This document shows positions 59,401 to 64,000 of a stretch of 64,000 nt of DNA, in pieces; the first letter of the stretch is position 1, and each line of letters starts with the position of its first letter. Both the position numbers and the translations under genes were made by a program. This stretch comes from Eremomyces bilateralis CBS 781.70 (taxonomy: Eukaryota): assembly GCA_010015585.1 (NCBI GenBank), contig ML975190.1; one strand, given 5' to 3'. The notes beneath the pieces were generated by a model, which saw only the letters and a program-made list of their open reading frames with translations, searched no databases and was not told where the DNA came from.

Positions 59401-62400
59401 GCTCCCCAACCGGACTTGGGTATTGTGTTGATAAAAAAAGTATGGGCACCAATTCCGTGAAGTAAAAAATCACGGGACTCGCGAATCCAGTCTCACCTAG
59501 TCGACGAAGGGGCGCAAGAGTTATTGACGGCAACGGGAAAAGGGTTGAATGCGTTTGGATGCCATGATGCGATGAAAACTGCGTCATCCAAGTTCCAACC
59601 GTCGCCCACGCTACGAACAGTGGAAATATGTAACAGAATTCTTGCAAAATATCCTGATCGTGAGCGAATCCGCGCTTGTCTGAACCATCCCCGCTGCGGC
59701 AGGGATTTTTGGTCCGGGGCCAGCGGCAAATCGCCTTGGTGTACGGCGGCGTTTTCTCATTCTGGTCAAGCCTCAGCGTAGTGCTGCGGGGAAGAGGGAG
59801 CCGGATGCGTGAATTGAAGGAGCACAGATGCCCAGGCTGGGAGTCGGATAAGGGACGAGTAGCGGGACAGGGAAGAGGAAGGTACCTGAGAGGCACAGTC
59901 GCGTGTCTGCAGGTGACAGGTCACAGGTGTCGCTTGTTTTCGACGCTGTCACTAGCCGCAGAGGACCGGTCATATCGTTCTCGGCGACTTCATGGTTCAA
60001 CGGACATTTGTTGATACACAGTATTGAACCAGGAGACGTATCCCAGTACGATATCCACGGGGCTCGGACCTTTGAAAACTCAGTTGTATCAGTATCAAAT
60101 TACGATTGTTGAATATGGTCGGCAGATTCCGGAGTTTGCCCTGGTTGGTTAATGACTTAGAGTTGCCGCACATCTGCACGGTCGATGACGATTCAAATTG
60201 AATGTTGACGCTTGCCGCTTGGGCCTTGGACCAGGAATTCGGCATGGCAGCCAAATTGGCCCCATACATATTAGACCATCATGGTACTTGAATGCAATAT
60301 GCCGACTGCCGAATTGTGACAACAAGGAAACGTTAGGGAGGGGAACTGAGACAGCGTTAATAATAACCGAGATTTTAGAGTCTTGTAGACTCGTAGAGAG
60401 GATATTCTAGCTCTTCACGACGGGCCGAGGTCAGATCCCAATGCCATGTAACATACGCGGCTGATTAGACCAATTGCTTCGAAGTCGACATTTGAAAGGG
60501 TGGATATTGCGAGTTCCAGGAAATAGTATGTGTAAGGAGTTAATTAGGCGCTTGGTCCAGATAGATGGTCCTTGTTACGGAGTTCAGAGCGCTTGTTTGA
60601 AGATGCTGACATTGATATCTTGCGCGGACTAGGATCACTGATTGCGCTGAAGGTTGTGTCCTTTGAGGCTTTGACCTTTCATGTGGAGCCGAGATCCACA
60701 TCCTTAAAACGACGATGCGAATTGAACCGGTCGAGATTTAGATGTCCGTGTCATTAGACTTTGCAAGGCTCGAAATTGCGATGCCTATAGTATAGAATCT
60801 GCGATTTGTGTGTTTGGCTGGGGTGGTGGTGGTGCAGATCAGCAGATGGTTTTAATAGTGGTTTTCAAGCTCTCGAACGACATCAGCCGAAACGTCAACT
60901 GAGGTTCTGCAGACTGTAGGGTTCGACATCTGATCTCGGACCGCGCCGAATTCCCGTTGGAAAACATTATCTTCTTTAAATTGAAATTGTATTGGGTAGA
61001 GATTTCTAGTTTTCAACATCTTGCTCGTTTTCAGCTTGATATGCGGCTTACTGGGCGGCCATCAGCACTTGGCGTTAAGGCAAAGCACCACTCAGCTTAT
61101 CGTCAACCTTCCGTTAAGTTTGTCGATCATATGCAGTACATATCTCCAACCGATATCTCCAGATGTCCAGATCTCGTCAGACTGTAGAAGCCCAGCAAGC
61201 AAGTTCTTCTGTTATTCCCGTATCGCGGCGAGTCAGCTCTTAAAATATGACACCCCAGAGTCCCTTTCCCCGGGCCTTTCCGTCCATCCGTCAACCTCAA
61301 TTTCCTTTGATTCGCGAGAAGTTTTCCTTAAGGCTGCGTGATAATGTACAGTTATCGTCAGAAATTATCGTCATTCTCTCCAGCCATGGCAATCGTCGCG
61401 ATCCAGCCTCGATCGACGAAGAAGACTCGGGACCCGGTTAATATCGGGCCTAGATCTGTCCCGCTTTGCTTGTCAGATGCTTGTTGAGGGAAACCATTTG
61501 CGGCCTAACCCCTAATTTCCAACCATTACAATGGAGGAATCGAGAAATGGACCAGGTCACCAGGCAGATGGCCATCCTCACCACTGGCTCCACGGATCTT
61601 AGATTCAGATTTCGTGTCCAAGCGTCCTGGAGAAGCCGTTGCGAGTGGAGTAGGAACAAACCCATCCCACTTCAAGCCGTAACCCCGCAGATCACATCCT
61701 GCCAGCCTCCGTCGTCGTCTTCCTATCCCCCTGATAACTTTCACGATCCTTCTAAAGACAAACGCTCCTGATAAGAACTTGCTTTCAAATCACTTTCCAT
61801 GAATGATATTAATTCAGCTGCTCATATGCCGTCTGGTAATTCCGTCTTCTATGCCGCAACTGGCCGAGATAATGGTGCATTTCGCACGAGCGCCTCCTGT
61901 CACGGGCGTCATCACAAAGTTCTCGATTTAGTGCTATCCCTGAGATCTAGATGCACCGGATCAACCTACCTTTCTGGGGTCCCCGCTATGGACTGCCTGA
62001 CCATTCCGACTTTTCATCGTGAACTCGGGTCGGCACTAATGCTTCATTCTACGATCCGGACGATCATTCGCGTCGGACCCCTCCAACGCGGCCCCGGCAG
62101 CGTCCTCGTTCGCTGTATATAGACTGGACGGCATGCTCATTTCGTATCAGTTATCGTCGCATTCCAGCATCTCTCCTGATCTTTTTCACCCCCGCACTTT
62201 TCGACAGCCCAGCTCGCTCGACGTGCATGAACTTGCGTCAGATCCCGCTCTTCTAGCGCCGACAAAAGGTTTCAACAAAAGCCACATACACGTCTATAGC
62301 CACGGCTTTTGCCCACGTGCATATCAGATTTCGGACGCGTGCAACACATCCCCTACGATTCAGAAAATCCTTGGTTGAGGACTAGCACTGTGATCGACTG

Positions 62401-62447
62401 CCTAATCAATTAGCCTCATTCGATAAGAACTTCCCGCCCTCAAGATC

Positions 62448-62455
62448 TATATAAA
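62448..62455 (+). promoter_or_regulatory. TATA box
   Basis: TATATAAA about 120 bp upstream of the ATG at 62575, followed by a pyrimidine-rich leader. Confidence 0.6.
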
Positions 62456-62574
62456 CAGTCATCCCACCGAACTTCATCACTCCTAGAAGCACCCTCAACT
62501 CTCAAGCCAGACTCCCCTCGACTCCCAACTGTCTAACCCTTCTCTTAATCCACTACCACCACTCATCTTCAACC

Positions 62575-62964
62575 ATGGACGCCGCCATCATGTCTGAAAT
62601 CACCGGCACCGACTGCCACATCGAGCCCTTCGCCTCCTCCGCCGCTCACACCACCCCCCTTCGCAAAGCCTCCATCTCCTCCTCCCTCCCCTCCCCCAGC
62701 ATGGAAGCCCCCCCCACCACCTTCCTCTGCCTGGTGCCCGTCCACTCCGACTCTTTCCCCTCCTCGCACCTTCGCTCTTCATCCCTCCCCTCCCCTCCCG
62801 CACTCCCATCCGTCCCCGAGCAACCGATCATGCTCGTTGACCAGCAGCGCCGCACGAGCGACTCGTCCACCACGAGCACGGGATCCGCGCTGCGGTTTTT
62901 GAAGTTGGGGCCGGTGCATTTCGGGGGGGAGCCAGGCGTGGGGGACTATGCTGATATGGATTGA
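62575..62964 (+). CDS. small Ser/Pro-rich hypothetical protein with a C-terminal RFLKLGPVHFG motif
   Basis: 129-aa ORF with good start context (CAACCATGG), a TATA box, and the C-to-G skew seen in genuine genes of this window. Confidence 0.75.
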   Translation: MDAAIMSEITGTDCHIEPFASSAAHTTPLRKASISSSLPSPSMEAPPTTFLCLVPVHSDSFPSSHLRSSSLPSPPALPSVPEQPIMLVDQQRRTSDSSTTSTGSALRFLKLGPVHFGGEPGVGDYADMD

Positions 62965-63469
62965 GTGATCATCGGGGGGCGGGGCGGGGACGCGCGGGAG
63001 CATGAAAGCGGGGACGACGTATCGTTCTGGTGGAGGGAGATCAAATTGGCTGGATAATCCCCCGGTGTCGTGGAGACATTTGAGTGCGGATGGCGGCTTG
63101 TTTCTTTTTCCCTCGATTCTTAATCCGTTTGATTTCTAATGATCATTATGCGTGCCCGATACTTCTCCTGCATTTGTCTTGGGAGAAGGGGCTTATCAGT
63201 TATCATCTGTCAGACTGTGGCCCGCAGAAAAATAGGAAGGATTCTGATAGTAAGAAGGGAGAGGCTGAGAGCGGATCGAATACACGAGAGTATTATGCTT
63301 TTTCCGATCTGCAATATTACTCCTATCTTATCATTTCAACGCATTTGGTCGTGTTTTTGTTAGATGTACGCATGTGCAACGATGGCGCCCCAACCCCACC
63401 AGTTCGTGATGACGTCTGGTTCCCCCATTGGGCCTCACCGATTCCAATACGGGGTGGTACGTACCTGTT

Positions 63470-63499
63470 CATCCTGCACCATCCTGCACCATCCTGCAG
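63470..63499. repeat. 10-bp tandem repeat (CATCCTGCAC x3, last copy imperfect)
   Basis: catcctgcac catcctgcac catcctgcag. Confidence 0.85.
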
Positions 63500-64000
63500 A
63501 CCCGCACCAGAACTCCTTCCGCACCCCCGAGTCCAAACACGTATACAATACTCGCATGGCGCTTGATCATCCGAAACATTACTGACGAGTGACGACCTCT
63601 TCCGCTGTAGCATATCACCGTATCACCATCTCGAATGCAAGTACATCATCGTTTCTGCCTGGCTTCCCCGACGCACCTGGTTAAGTCTAGCCTCAAAGGA
63701 ACTAGGATACTTGGTCAGGAAGCGGCTTGACGAAGCGGTTCGTAGTTAGACATGCAGTTCGCTCCATGTCCAGTGTCCACCGTATTGATACGCACGATGC
63801 CATGTGGCCAGCAGGGACCAGCCCAATCGCCTGAAGGCTGAAAACGCCAGGTTATTTGCGCTTTCGATTCCGGAACTCCTGTCCTGGCTCCGCATAGTAA
63901 ACTTTTAGCTTCAAAGTGCGCTCTCTCTCCAGGTTTGGCCTTCAAGGTTTGGAGACACGGCTCGACTTCCCGCATAGCACGGTCCAACATTCTATTCAGC

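Noticed and set aside
63715..64000. Minus-strand ORF at the right edge
   Set aside because: Could be the 3' end of a gene outside the window, but nothing identifiable.

Overview
Eukaryotic DNA from a filamentous ascomycete (Pezizomycotina): intron-rich genes with GT..(CT[AG]AC)..YAG introns, so the ORF track fragments most genes. The core (about 8-52 kb) is a compact housekeeping block: APM3, COX9, TAF8, SOM1, an XRCC2-like RecA paralog, an NAD-dependent epimerase, MRF1, the BCK1 MAPKKK, PET117, VMA10, NUP2, a TFB6-like gene, a large hypothetical and MDM12. The left end is accessory. It holds the 5' end of a Fot1/pogo transposon, a PhoD alkaline phosphatase and, most notably, a roughly 3.3 kb miniature or derelict Starship-like element (4451-7740). 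That element has a truncated DUF3435 tyrosine-recombinase 'captain', a TTACGWAGTAA direct repeat and 14-bp inverted arms at both ends. Other notable items: a tandem birth-and-death family of small secreted Cys-rich proteins (about 30-31.7 kb); four decayed copies of the 3' splice site inside a long NUP2 intron; a duplicated 59-bp hairpin unit between convergent genes; and about 10.5 kb of gene-poor sequence before a small TATA-driven gene. All family assignments come from recognising motifs by eye; no database search was run.
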